From positions 12,926 to 76,925 of the forward strand of contig CALXJF010000003.1 in the NCBI GenBank assembly GCA_944388575.1: a stretch of 64,000 bases of DNA, read 5' to 3'. This document shows positions 29,709 through 40,870 of the stretch, piece after piece. A model generated the notes under the pieces. That model made no database searches. It saw nothing but the letters and a program-made list of their open reading frames with translations, and was not told the DNA's origin. A program made the translations under genes and the position numbers. Position 1 is the first letter of the stretch; every line of letters begins with the position of its first letter. This DNA is from an uncultured Clostridia bacterium (GTDB lineage Bacteria; Bacillota; Clostridia; TANB77; CAG-465).

Positions 29709-30908
29709 TTATTTTTCTAATAACCACTCGATTATATTTTTATGAATAATTCCATCTTTACTATAATTTATCTTATCCATTGTAATAACATACTTAGGAA
29801 AATTATCAGCTACATATTTATATGCTCCAAATTCTCTGTCTATTACTTCATCACTAGATAAATAATCTGCTACTTGTATATAAAATCTATCACCAAAATT
29901 ATCTACAACAAAATCAACTTCCCCTTTTTCTGTTTTTCCTATATAAACGTCATATCCTCTAGCAATTAATTCATTATATACTATATTCTCAAGTCTTCCT
30001 CCTACCTTCTTTTCAATTGGCGTACTCTTTAATTGCAACAATCCCAAATCTACTAAATAATATTTTTCAAGTAATGTCATTACTGTCTTTCCTCTTATAT
30101 TATATCTATTAGCTTTACTTACAATCATTGAATTATTTATATATTCAATATAATTTAAAATAGTATCTACACTTGTGGTAACATTGTCATTCTTTAAAAA
30201 CTTGGTAATTGAGTTTGCAGATATTGTACCACCAATATTCTCCATCATAAATTGAATTACTCTATTCAAAACATTTACATCTTTAATGCTATTTCTTTCA
30301 ACTATATCTTTTAAAATTACTGTATTATATAAATCTCTTAAATACATTTTTCTTTCTTGAACGCTTGTAGTATTATATATTTGCGGCATTCCTCCCCACT
30401 CTACATAATCCAAAAAAGCTTCATCTTTATTTTTACTTATCTTTTGACTATTTTGAAGTTCTAAATATTCTGAAAAAGTAAATGGCATTATTTTTATACT
30501 AACATATCTACCAGCTAAATGTGTTGACAACTCACCAGAAAAAACTTTACTATTTGAGCCTGTTATAAATATACTAACATTCATTGTAGCTCTAAATGAA
30601 TTTATTACTTTTTCAAAATCTTGAACATTTTGTATTTCATCAAAAAGTAAATAATACTTTTTTTTATCTCTTATTTTATCCTTTATATACTTATTAAATT
30701 CTTTCGGATTGGTATAATCAGTATAATCATAATCTTCAAAATTAATGTATATAATATGATCTTCGTTAACACCGTTTTCTTTTAACTCTTCAATTATTTG
30801 CATCATCAATACAGATTTACCAGAACGTCTAACACCAACTATTATTTTTATAAGCTCACTATCATATAAATTTCTTATTTTCTTTAGGTACATTTCACGT
30901 TTTATCAT
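29709..30908 (-). CDS. AAA-type ATPase (AAA_14/DUF4143-like)
   Basis: Walker A GVRRSGKS and Walker-B-like LLFDEIQ. 399 aa. Inserted between pgk and tpiA. Confidence 0.7.
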   Translation of the reverse strand: MIKREMYLKKIRNLYDSELIKIIVGVRRSGKSVLMMQIIEELKENGVNEDHIIYINFEDYDYTDYTNPKEFNKYIKDKIRDKKKYYLLFDEIQNVQDFEKVINSFRATMNVSIFITGSNSKVFSGELSTHLAGRYVSIKIMPFTFSEYLELQNSQKISKNKDEAFLDYVEWGGMPQIYNTTSVQERKMYLRDLYNTVILKDIVERNSIKDVNVLNRVIQFMMENIGGTISANSITKFLKNDNVTTSVDTILNYIEYINNSMIVSKANRYNIRGKTVMTLLEKYYLVDLGLLQLKSTPIEKKVGGRLENIVYNELIARGYDVYIGKTEKGEVDFVVDNFGDRFYIQVADYLSSDEVIDREFGAYKYVADNFPKYVITMDKINYSKDGIIHKNIIEWLLEK

Positions 30909-31116
30909 AATCTTTCTTTCCTTCCTGTTATCTATATCTATTCTATCATTTTATTTTTCTATTGTCAAATATTTTCGAGTACGCTCTAATGTTTTTTTGT
31001 TTTTTGATAAGATTAGATTTTATACTAATTTAGAATTTATCTACTACTAATATACTTTTTATATACACTTTAATTCACTCTAAGAGTATTTAGATTATAA
31101 TATTACATATAGCCTA

Positions 31117-31668
31117 TTAACTATTAAAAATTATTTTATTATTTAACTCATCATCCTTAGTCCATGATGGTTCTATATCTTTAATTCCAAACTTAAATGT
31201 AACAATACCTTCATCTGTTACATCAAAAGTTCCATTCCAAAATGTCGGCTTATCAATATCAAGTTCAGTCCAATCATCTTTTTTTAATATTTCTTTTAAA
31301 TTGGTTATCAATTGAGAAAATGAAGTATTATCAGTCGTAGAATTATTCATTATATATAATCCTACAGCCCCTTGTATATAATCATAATCTTCTAAGAATT
31401 TTTCTTTGCTTTCATTAGTTTGATACTTATCCAACAATTCTGAAGAATATTTTTTAGAATTCAAACCAGAATAATCATCTACCTTTGATATATCTACTTT
31501 TCTAGTTGAAACTATAAATATAATTAAGATTATAATTATCATTAGAATTATAGCAACTGAAATAATTAATCTTTTAGGATTCTTTATAACTATTTTACCA
31601 TTACTTTTTTCACCATTTTTTTTACTTATACTATTTTTTTTATTTTCATTTATAACATTTTTTTCCAT
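31117..31668 (-). CDS. hypothetical N-terminally anchored protein
   Basis: 183 aa: basic N-terminus, one TM helix, then a soluble domain. Confidence 0.55.
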   Translation of the reverse strand: MEKNVINENKKNSISKKNGEKSNGKIVIKNPKRLIISVAIILMIIIILIIFIVSTRKVDISKVDDYSGLNSKKYSSELLDKYQTNESKEKFLEDYDYIQGAVGLYIMNNSTTDNTSFSQLITNLKEILKKDDWTELDIDKPTFWNGTFDVTDEGIVTFKFGIKDIEPSWTKDDELNNKIIFNS

Positions 31669-31682
31669 AATATACCTTCCTA

Positions 31683-32861
31683 TTATTTATCTAGTAGTGC
31701 TTCTATACCTGGTAGTTTTTTACCTTCCATAAATTCAAGTGAAGCTCCTCCTCCAGTAGATACATGTGACATTTTTTCTTCGAGTCCAAATTTTTCTACA
31801 GCAGCTGCACTATCTCCTCCGCCTATAATAGTGACAGCTTTTGAATTAGACATAGCTCTAGCTATTTCTTCAGTTCCTTTAGCGAACTTATTAACCTCAA
31901 AAACTCCAACTGGTCCATTCCAAACTACTGTATTTGCAACCTCTATCTCTTGCTTATATAACTCTATGGTCTTAGGTCCAATATCAAGCCCCATATATCC
32001 ATCTGGTACTTCATTAATATTTGTAATTATAGTGTCGGCATTTTCACTCATTTCTTTTGCAACCACATTATCAACAGGAAGTAAGATTCTAACTTCTTTT
32101 TCTAATCCTTTATTTAAAATGTCTGCTGCCACTTGTAATTTATCATCTTCACATAAAGAATTTCCTATTCTACCTCCTTGTGCTTTTATAAATGTATATG
32201 TCATAGCACCACCTATAAGTAAAGTATCTACTTTATCAAGTAAACTATTTAATACATCTATTTTACTAGATACTTTAGAGCCTCCAACAATTGCAACAAG
32301 TGGTCTTTTAGGATTATTAATCCCGCCATCTAAAGCATCAATCTCCTTTTTTATTAAAAAGCCACAGACAGATGGTAAAAAATGAGTTACGCCTTCAGTA
32401 GATGCATGAGCTCTATGAGCAGAACCAAAAGCATCATTAACAAATATTTCAGCAAATGAAGCTAATTTTTTAGCAAATTCTTCATCATTTTTTTCTTCTT
32501 CCTCAAACATTCTTGTATTTTCTAATAATACAACCTCACCATCATTAATACTTTCAATCACCTTTTTAGCCTCATCTGAAAAAATTTCCTTAATAAAAAT
32601 TACTTGATTTCCTAAAAGCTCTGATAATCTAACACTTACTTTTTCTAAAGATTTATTTTGACCAGTTTTTCCAATATGAGAACAAAGTATTACCTTAGCA
32701 TTATGTTCTATTAAATATTTAATAGTCTTTAGAGATTCTACTATTCTTTTATCACTTGTTATTTCACCTGTATTTTTATCAAGTGGCACATTAAAATCAC
32801 ATCTTACTAATACCTTTTTATGACTTACATCTATATCTTCAACACTTTTTTTATTTAACAT
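31683..32861 (-). CDS. pgk: phosphoglycerate kinase
   Basis: RCDFNVP and the C-terminal STGGGASLE motif. The start MLNKK is preceded by a GGAGGT RBS (the ORF track extends to 32876). Confidence 0.96.
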   Translation of the reverse strand: MLNKKSVEDIDVSHKKVLVRCDFNVPLDKNTGEITSDKRIVESLKTIKYLIEHNAKVILCSHIGKTGQNKSLEKVSVRLSELLGNQVIFIKEIFSDEAKKVIESINDGEVVLLENTRMFEEEEKNDEEFAKKLASFAEIFVNDAFGSAHRAHASTEGVTHFLPSVCGFLIKKEIDALDGGINNPKRPLVAIVGGSKVSSKIDVLNSLLDKVDTLLIGGAMTYTFIKAQGGRIGNSLCEDDKLQVAADILNKGLEKEVRILLPVDNVVAKEMSENADTIITNINEVPDGYMGLDIGPKTIELYKQEIEVANTVVWNGPVGVFEVNKFAKGTEEIARAMSNSKAVTIIGGGDSAAAVEKFGLEEKMSHVSTGGGASLEFMEGKKLPGIEALLDK

Positions 32862-32928
32862 ATACTTTACCTCCAATTATTATATATATAAATACAGGCT
32901 GGTTTTTAAAGCCAGCCTTATCCTCTTA

Positions 32929-33963
<1,035 letters not shown>

Positions 33964-34070
33964 CTATATTTTACCTCAATATATCTCGTATTTCAATAAT
34001 TTAGACAAAATTTTTACTTTTTTTACCATATAAAGGCCGTGTAATAAAAATATTACACGACCTTTATTGT

Positions 34071-35102
34071 TTATTCTATTATCATATTTGAATTAAACTT
34101 CATATCAACATTTAGTTTATTATCTGATTTACTTTCACCTGGTTTTAATATATCTAAAGTTTTAGTAACCACCTTATATTTTTTACTTTCATTGTCAAGT
34201 TCAAAAACACTAATTGTATTTTCTAAAGTATTTTCAAGCTGCTTTAATTCGGTTGTAAAATACATTTCTGAATCATTTAAAGTTGAACTTACTTTTTTTA
34301 TAATTCTAAACATTTCTGCGATATGTTGAATATCCTCTCCTACAAAAACTAATTGTGGTTTATCATAAAAGCCTGCATCATTTCTTGCAAAATTCTCATA
34401 AAAATCTGAATATAGTTGAACTTTTTCAGCAAACATATTTTGCCAATCTTCGTTTCTCCTAACCACTTCAAAAACAAAGTTTACTTCATCAACGCCATTT
34501 TTTAAAGTCACCATACCACCTGTTGGCTTAAATTTAACATTATATTTTTTAGAATATAACAATATATTTGGGTTAGTTGATTCAAATGCAGCAACTTTTT
34601 GCATATATGCTATAATAACTTGATTTCCAGCAAGTTTTCTTTTTACAGCATATGCAGGTTTAGTATTATCTGTTGGTTGCCATGATGTAGGTATATTTCT
34701 TTGCTTTAAAATATATGTAGCAATTTTATCCATTGCATACGCTCTATATGAGCTTTTTCCAGCTTCACTTTGAAAATAATAACGAGCAATTACTTTTGAT
34801 TTTGTTAAATCTTCTAGCCATTTTGCAACTTTATTTTGCTTTTTATCTTCCTCAATATCATTTAGTTTACCTCTTAAATCAAGTACTTGAGTAACTTGTC
34901 TAGAAGTTACAAATCCAAATTCATTAACAACTTCTAAAGCCTTAATATGATACTCATTAATATATCCCATATCCATTTTAAATACTACTTGATTTATTGA
35001 TGCAAATCCTTCTTTACCATCAAACACCTTTACCTCATTTTCTCTTACAGCAAAAGGTGAAACAACTGTTTTTACTTCTTTATCACTTACCACAAAAAAC
35101 AC
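34071..35102 (-). CDS. hypothetical winged-helix protein, possibly replication-relaxation (Replic_Relax)-like
   Basis: The N-terminal segment HIKALEVVNEFGFVTSRQVTQVL..VAKWLEDLTKSKVIARYYF..RAYAMDKIATYIL resembles the wHTH layout of that family by eye only. It has its own promoter region and a terminator hairpin (34031-34068). The likely start is the second GTG (35093), 8-9 nt after the AAGGAG RBS. Confidence 0.3.
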   Translation of the reverse strand: MFFVVSDKEVKTVVSPFAVRENEVKVFDGKEGFASINQVVFKMDMGYINEYHIKALEVVNEFGFVTSRQVTQVLDLRGKLNDIEEDKKQNKVAKWLEDLTKSKVIARYYFQSEAGKSSYRAYAMDKIATYILKQRNIPTSWQPTDNTKPAYAVKRKLAGNQVIIAYMQKVAAFESTNPNILLYSKKYNVKFKPTGGMVTLKNGVDEVNFVFEVVRRNEDWQNMFAEKVQLYSDFYENFARNDAGFYDKPQLVFVGEDIQHIAEMFRIIKKVSSTLNDSEMYFTTELKQLENTLENTISVFELDNESKKYKVVTKTLDILKPGESKSDNKLNVDMKFNSNMIIE

Positions 35103-35268
35103 TCCTTAAATTTTAATTTTGAAATTTAACATGTACATATTTTAAGTATAATTACTTAAATAAGGGATAAACATTTCCCCTTACACTATTATACTACACA
35201 TTTTTTTCCTATGCAATAGATTTTCTAAAAATTACATAAAACTTTACTTTATTACCATTTTTTACATA

Positions 35269-35300
35269 GAAAAAAAATGGTTCTCATAAAGAGTACCATT
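35269..35300 (-). terminator. rho-independent terminator ending the long T4SS-like operon
   Basis: Minus strand: AATGGTACTC, TTTAT, GAGAACCATT, then T7, immediately after the S1-gene stop. Confidence 0.6.
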
Positions 35301-36146
35301 TTAACCTATTATTATAAGTTTTATCTTTTTCTTTTCTATATTTATTCTTTTTATACTCACTAAAACTTTTTGACCATATTCAATTCCATTTACATGTTCA
35401 GCCAAACCAACTAAATTTGGTTTTAATTCAACAAATACACCAGTTTTAATTCTATTACGTATAATACCCTCTACAATGTCTCCTTCTTTTAGATTTTTTA
35501 CATTTTCTTCAAATGTTCCTAGGAATTCTTTATATGATAGTTCTATTCTTCCAGTATCTCTGTCATATTTTTTTACAATAACTTCAATTCTTTGTCCTAT
35601 CTTAAACATATCGCTTGCATGTTGTAATACTAAATCTGTCATATCTTGTAACTTAAGAATACCAGTTACACCACCACCAACATCTACAAAAGCAGCGTAT
35701 TCTGTGGTACTTACTACTACACCTTTCAATTTCATTCCAGGTTTCAAATGCATATACATCCAACGTCTTACTTTAAGTTCAAGTATTTTTTTTGATAATA
35801 TTAGTTCAATATTATCTCCATTTTGAACTATTTCTTTTATACACGTATGTAAAACTTTTCCTTTTTTATTAATAATATGTTTTTCTTCAACAAGTCCATC
35901 TTCACCAACAATACTTGAAGCTTCATCTCTTGGCATAATAGCCTTAATATTATTTCCAACTATACCAATCATATTAAAACTTTCATCAATTTCTTCTACA
36001 TACATATCTATAACTTGTTGTTCCTTTTTTATATTTTCAAGTTGAGAAAGAGAGTATTTTTTTTCTTTTCTCTTTGTATTTTTTTTATTAATATTTTTTG
36101 GTTTATTTTCATTTTTTAAATCTTGATTTTCTATATTTTCTTCCAT
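35301..36146 (-). CDS. S1 RNA-binding-domain protein (2-3 S1/OB repeats)
   Basis: GMKLKGVVVSTTEYAAFVDVGGGVTGIL and GDIVEGIIRNRIKTGVFVELKPNLVGLAE are S1-type motifs. It starts 11 nt after the preceding operon gene. Confidence 0.75.
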   Translation of the reverse strand: MEENIENQDLKNENKPKNINKKNTKRKEKKYSLSQLENIKKEQQVIDMYVEEIDESFNMIGIVGNNIKAIMPRDEASSIVGEDGLVEEKHIINKKGKVLHTCIKEIVQNGDNIELILSKKILELKVRRWMYMHLKPGMKLKGVVVSTTEYAAFVDVGGGVTGILKLQDMTDLVLQHASDMFKIGQRIEVIVKKYDRDTGRIELSYKEFLGTFEENVKNLKEGDIVEGIIRNRIKTGVFVELKPNLVGLAEHVNGIEYGQKVLVSIKRINIEKKKIKLIIIG

Positions 36147-36157
36147 AATATCCTCAC

Positions 36158-36634
36158 TTAATCTATAACTAAATAAAGTTTATATTCAAAAGGTGAATAT
36201 TCATAAACATACATATACAAATCTTCGTTTCCTATATTTAATAAATAAACATATACATTTTCACCTGTATTTGCCAAATACATATTATTAAGATTATATG
36301 AATATTCAAATCTATTATCTACCCTATATGAATTAATCTTATCTTGGAAATAATTCAATTCACTATTAAAAATATTTATTTTACAGTCATCAGATAACAT
36401 CGAGTATGCAGTATCAAACTTATTATTTTCAATATTATACATAAATTTATCTATATATAGCATAGAAACAAATTTACCATTTTGATTTAAATTATCATAA
36501 TTAATAGAATTATACTTATTAGCTCCTAAAAAATATAATACAAAATAAGCAACTATTAAAAGTATGATATAAATAAATATTTTTATAAAAAATTTTTTTA
36601 TTAGTATACTATTATTCATTAAAACATTCACCAT
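36158..36634 (-). CDS. bitopic protein, N-terminal TM + small Tyr/Asn-rich globular domain (VirB8/NTF2-like candidate)
   Basis: 158 aa. Its start overlaps the upstream gene by 7 nt. The ..FDTAYSMLSDDCK.. pattern resembles NTF2-like lipoprotein/DUF4878-type domains by eye. Confidence 0.35.
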   Translation of the reverse strand: MVNVLMNNSILIKKFFIKIFIYIILLIVAYFVLYFLGANKYNSINYDNLNQNGKFVSMLYIDKFMYNIENNKFDTAYSMLSDDCKINIFNSELNYFQDKINSYRVDNRFEYSYNLNNMYLANTGENVYVYLLNIGNEDLYMYVYEYSPFEYKLYLVID

Positions 36635-37119
36635 TCCTGATCTAATAGACTATCGTAATATACTCTAAAAGATTTATTTAGCTCATTTATTTTTATTATA
36701 ATTTTATTTGTTTGTAGATTCTCAAAATCATCTTTAACAAAATCTGTTCCATAATAATATTCAATAATATATACATTATTAAAACAACTCTCAATATTTT
36801 TTATATAAAAAGTATTATTTTTATCCTTAATATATTTTTGAAAAATATTATTATATACCTCTTTATCTTTTCTTTTAAAAGTAGCAGTACATTTTTTTAA
36901 AGCTTCATAATCACTTGTACTATAATATTCAAGATATTCTCTTAAAGAATTTTCAATATATACATAATTTTTATATTCATTTATTTTTTTACCTTTTGAA
37001 CCATTATTATAAAATAATGGTTCAAAAAAGTAAATAATTACATTTAATAATACATATATAATAGTTAACGATATAACAATATTTATACTTTTATTTAAAA
37101 ACTTCAAATTATCACCCAC
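36628..37119 (-). CDS. bitopic protein, N-terminal TM + small globular domain (VirB8/NTF2-like candidate)
   Basis: 163 aa. It starts 3 nt after the 1,242-aa gene. Confidence 0.35.
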   Translation of the reverse strand: MGDNLKFLNKSINIVISLTIIYVLLNVIIYFFEPLFYNNGSKGKKINEYKNYVYIENSLREYLEYYSTSDYEALKKCTATFKRKDKEVYNNIFQKYIKDKNNTFYIKNIESCFNNVYIIEYYYGTDFVKDDFENLQTNKIIIKINELNKSFRVYYDSLLDQEW

Positions 37120-37122
37120 ACA

Positions 37123-40100
37123 TCACATTGTTTTAGGATTAATTAGATTTGCTGGATCAAGTCCAACATCTTTTGCTGCCTTTTCAATATCATTTAAATA
37201 CTCAGGATTAGTATACACATTCCCCACTACATAAACCTGTTTTATATAATGATTAAACTCCTCTGGTGTAGAAGGTACATCACGCCAGCTACTAGTATAT
37301 CCTTGGAATTCTACCATAGTCTGTCCATTATCATGTCCCCATTCGTTTGCTGGATTAGGATCATAGTATGTTGCATTAAATTGAACTTTTGTATCAGTTA
37401 AAATTACTGGGTAAAAAGTTCCATTATCTTGAATAATAAATACAAAATCACCAACCTGTAATTTTTTTTCTGGATTTCCTTGTGTACCACCTAATTCTGA
37501 CACCATAGCAGAGGCCAACCATTCACCATAGCACACCATTCTTTTCGAATTTGCTGTTATATCACCCGATAACTCTCCATGCAAAGAACGTTCATTATTA
37601 TTAGTTAGATGTAAAATTAACTTTCCTTGATTACTGCTAGCAGGCCATGTAGATTCAGGATTATATTGCTCATTAACATGATTCCAAATAGTCCATGTAT
37701 GAACTTTTCCCAATCCATCTGGCACTTGAACAGCACCTGGAATAGTAGCAATATTTCCACTTATAGCCCCACTATTATTATTTATGCTTACCTGATTAAC
37801 TTTTCCTGCTTTTATCTCATTACTTTCAGTATAAGTATCATATCCAAGTGATTCACCATATATATATGGAACTTTACCATTTTCAAAATACTGTTTAAAT
37901 AATCTTTTTAATTGAGAATATGAAAATGTTAAGAAGCTTCTTGTATAACCAACATGAGGTGAATATCTAGCAGATTTCTTTAAATATTCCAAATAATTAT
38001 CCGAATGCGAATTCATTATATCTATAAGATTAATATAATCTGTTGTTTCTAAAAAATTATAGTAATTTAAATCTTGCACATTAAATTTTTCTGAACTGGT
38101 ATCAGTTTGTGATACAGTAGATTTATTATTTAAAATAACATCCTTTAAATTATTACCCCATAATGAATAATCACTAAAATGAACTCCATCTGTTGTCATA
38201 CTAGAAAGTAAAGTTCCATCGTCATCTATATATCCTTCTGTTGCATCTATATATTTATACCCTTTTTCACTACAATATGCTTCTATTTGATCATTATACT
38301 CTTTAATTACTGAATTAGTTTTTTCTTTATCATAAGAACTATTATTTCCAATAGGAAAAACTCTTTGTACATATATAGTTTTATCTGGATATTTACTAGA
38401 TATCTTTTCTAACAAAGTTTTCATATTATTTACAGAACTAGAAACCACTCCATCAGTACTACCGCCGCTTTGTATATTTAAACTATTAATTCCAAGTTCT
38501 ATACATATACCGCTAACATTTGATGCATCAGGTAAATTAACGTTTGAAAAATCTAAACCTGGATCGCCACCATCTAAATAAGTGTTCCAATGATAAGCAG
38601 AAGAACTTACTACGCCTATTATATTTGCCCCTGAAATACCACCAGATGAAGAAAGTCCTGCAGTTAATGAATCTCCTATAAATAGAAAATTATCTAAACT
38701 AGATATATTATTTGATGAATTTGTTAAATCATTTGAAGTAATCGAAGTCGCAGAAGATATAGTTTGATTAGTATCAGGATTAGAATGCTGATGAGAATCA
38801 TATTCTGTTGGTAGCACTTTACCTTTTATTTTTATACGTCCATAACTGTTAGTCCTAGCCTCATATGCTGCATCTGATTCTCCCTCTTTTCGCTCTACAA
38901 ATATATCAATTCTATTATTCTGATTAAATTCATTAGAACCACCTCTGTCTTCTACTGTAAATAATCCAACACCTTCTAAATATATTTTAGTTCCTATATC
39001 TCTTCCATTATTAATACTATGCCATCCACCTTCACTGCTCATACCTGACCAATAATTACTTGCAACATTACCATAAACTAAGGTATTATCATGAGTTCCT
39101 TTTACTCCACCTTCCATTGCATTATTAATTCCACAATAAAAGGTTAATTCAAATTCAATCTCCTCTCCAGGTAAAGATGCATAATCATAAGTTTGAAGTC
39201 CTCCAGTATCCCATTCATATGCTCCTCCAGAACTTCCTGATTGCCCACTTGAAGATGTAGTACTACTTTTAGGCTTATAATTTTTAACATCTTCAATAGT
39301 ATATGAAGAGAATTCTGTACCTACTTTCTCTATTTCATCTTTCCATACTCTAGTTACGTTTTTATATACTCCAACTTTTTTCCTTGTAGTAAGAGTAACA
39401 TAATTGTTTTTAGAACCATTTGAAGTACTTAATGTTTCATTAATGACAGATCCATCAGTCTCTGTTCTTCCCTGAAAACCTACTCCACCTTCAATTCTAT
39501 TTTCAACATCACTATCACTATACTTAGTATATTCTATTTCTGTAACCAATTTTTTGTCAAATGTTTTTGCTTCTTTTATAAAATAGTTTGGCTCTATATC
39601 AATATTTTTACTGACAAATTCTTCTTCTCCTGTCACTCCACTTTCTACAACAGTTTCATACTCATTAACTTGAGTTAAACCAATCAATTTTCCAGTTTCA
39701 TCATAATTTGGTTGATATTCAATAGTATAATCTATAATATCATAAACAGGATATTTAGTAACCAAGGTACACGTAGTAACATCATATTTATTAACTAAAA
39801 TATCTGACATTGCTTGTTTTATTACTGTATACGGAAACAATGGATTTCTATTTGTTGTAGTATCTTTACCTTGTGCCTCTATTCCAGCATTCATTGCTAA
39901 AGGTATCATCCAAGTTTGTAAATATGGTATGGAAAATTTCATAAACTCACTTAATGATGTATTAGATTCATCTTTTGGATATTTTAAACCTAAATTTGTA
40001 TCTTCTTGCATTTCAATATCTGAGCCTTCATAACCATGCCCATATTTTTTCCACTTAATACTATTAAAATTATATTTCTCAGTAAGTAATATATGCTTAT

Positions 40101-40851
40101 ATAATGGTAATTTATCATTAACATCTACTACTCTACCATTTTGATATCTTTCACTTGCATTTGAAGTTGATGTGTCTGAATCTGTCCAACTATTTGTAAG
40201 CCCACCATTTCCATTAAATATAGTAGTTGCTGATGACTCATTTATACCACTTGCAACACTTTCTTTTATTCTATACGCTACACTATAACCTTGCCCATAT
40301 TGATCTAAAGTTCTCTTTGAAATTGCTCCTCCAGGACCAGCCCCAGCAGAATCTACAATTGTATTATTTCCAACATACACCATAACGTGATGTGAATTAA
40401 CCAAAATATCTCCTGGTTTAATATCTCCAGAAACTCTTTCCATTACTGATAAATCTGTACCAACACAGCTAGTCGGTACGACAAAGAAAGAAAACTTGTA
40501 GCCATCTGCCGAACCAACTATACTAGAGTCAATTCCTAAGGCATGATGAATTGCAAAGCTAACCCAACCAACACAATCCATTGCATACTTATCAGTAAAT
40601 GATGTTCCATTTAATCTTCCACCACTTCCAACAACACCAGAAGCTTTCACGTCATTATATGCTCTAAAACGATGTATATCTGTCCAAGAATATATGGTCT
40701 GATCAGCATAATTATCACAAAAATTTATCGCAAATTCAGCTATATACTGACCAGCTTCCTCTTGTGTTAAAGCTTGTACAGGATTAAACTTAATAAAGTA
40801 TATCCCTATCAATATAAAAACAATTAATAGTAACTTGTTTTTTAACTTCAT
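37123..40851 (-). CDS. 1,242-aa secreted multidomain cell-wall hydrolase: NlpC/P60 + 3D (RlpA/MltA-like) + SGNH/GDSL esterase + unknown C-terminal domain
   Basis: Signal peptide. NlpC/P60: DCVGWVSFA..PGDILVNSHHVMVYVGNNTIVDS. 3D domain: LTFYCG..GTKIYLEGVGLFTVEDRGG..NRIDIFVE. SGNH: FLFIGDSLTAGL..GINSL..DGVHFS. Confidence 0.75.
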   Translation of the reverse strand: MKLKNKLLLIVFILIGIYFIKFNPVQALTQEEAGQYIAEFAINFCDNYADQTIYSWTDIHRFRAYNDVKASGVVGSGGRLNGTSFTDKYAMDCVGWVSFAIHHALGIDSSIVGSADGYKFSFFVVPTSCVGTDLSVMERVSGDIKPGDILVNSHHVMVYVGNNTIVDSAGAGPGGAISKRTLDQYGQGYSVAYRIKESVASGINESSATTIFNGNGGLTNSWTDSDTSTSNASERYQNGRVVDVNDKLPLYKHILLTEKYNFNSIKWKKYGHGYEGSDIEMQEDTNLGLKYPKDESNTSLSEFMKFSIPYLQTWMIPLAMNAGIEAQGKDTTTNRNPLFPYTVIKQAMSDILVNKYDVTTCTLVTKYPVYDIIDYTIEYQPNYDETGKLIGLTQVNEYETVVESGVTGEEEFVSKNIDIEPNYFIKEAKTFDKKLVTEIEYTKYSDSDVENRIEGGVGFQGRTETDGSVINETLSTSNGSKNNYVTLTTRKKVGVYKNVTRVWKDEIEKVGTEFSSYTIEDVKNYKPKSSTTSSSGQSGSSGGAYEWDTGGLQTYDYASLPGEEIEFELTFYCGINNAMEGGVKGTHDNTLVYGNVASNYWSGMSSEGGWHSINNGRDIGTKIYLEGVGLFTVEDRGGSNEFNQNNRIDIFVERKEGESDAAYEARTNSYGRIKIKGKVLPTEYDSHQHSNPDTNQTISSATSITSNDLTNSSNNISSLDNFLFIGDSLTAGLSSSGGISGANIIGVVSSSAYHWNTYLDGGDPGLDFSNVNLPDASNVSGICIELGINSLNIQSGGSTDGVVSSSVNNMKTLLEKISSKYPDKTIYVQRVFPIGNNSSYDKEKTNSVIKEYNDQIEAYCSEKGYKYIDATEGYIDDDGTLLSSMTTDGVHFSDYSLWGNNLKDVILNNKSTVSQTDTSSEKFNVQDLNYYNFLETTDYINLIDIMNSHSDNYLEYLKKSARYSPHVGYTRSFLTFSYSQLKRLFKQYFENGKVPYIYGESLGYDTYTESNEIKAGKVNQVSINNNSGAISGNIATIPGAVQVPDGLGKVHTWTIWNHVNEQYNPESTWPASSNQGKLILHLTNNNERSLHGELSGDITANSKRMVCYGEWLASAMVSELGGTQGNPEKKLQVGDFVFIIQDNGTFYPVILTDTKVQFNATYYDPNPANEWGHDNGQTMVEFQGYTSSWRDVPSTPEEFNHYIKQVYVVGNVYTNPEYLNDIEKAAKDVGLDPANLINPKTM

Positions 40852-40870
40852 TTATTACTGCCTCCTAGTA

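Noticed and set aside
31831-32385. 184-aa plus-strand ORF
   Set aside because: It is antisense to pgk and is a shadow ORF with no recognisable motif.
34071-35102. 343-aa gene upstream of gap considered as CggR (central glycolytic gene repressor)
   Set aside because: Position and length fit. However, the sequence shows none of the SorC-type sugar-binding features I would expect, and a terminator hairpin separates it from gap.
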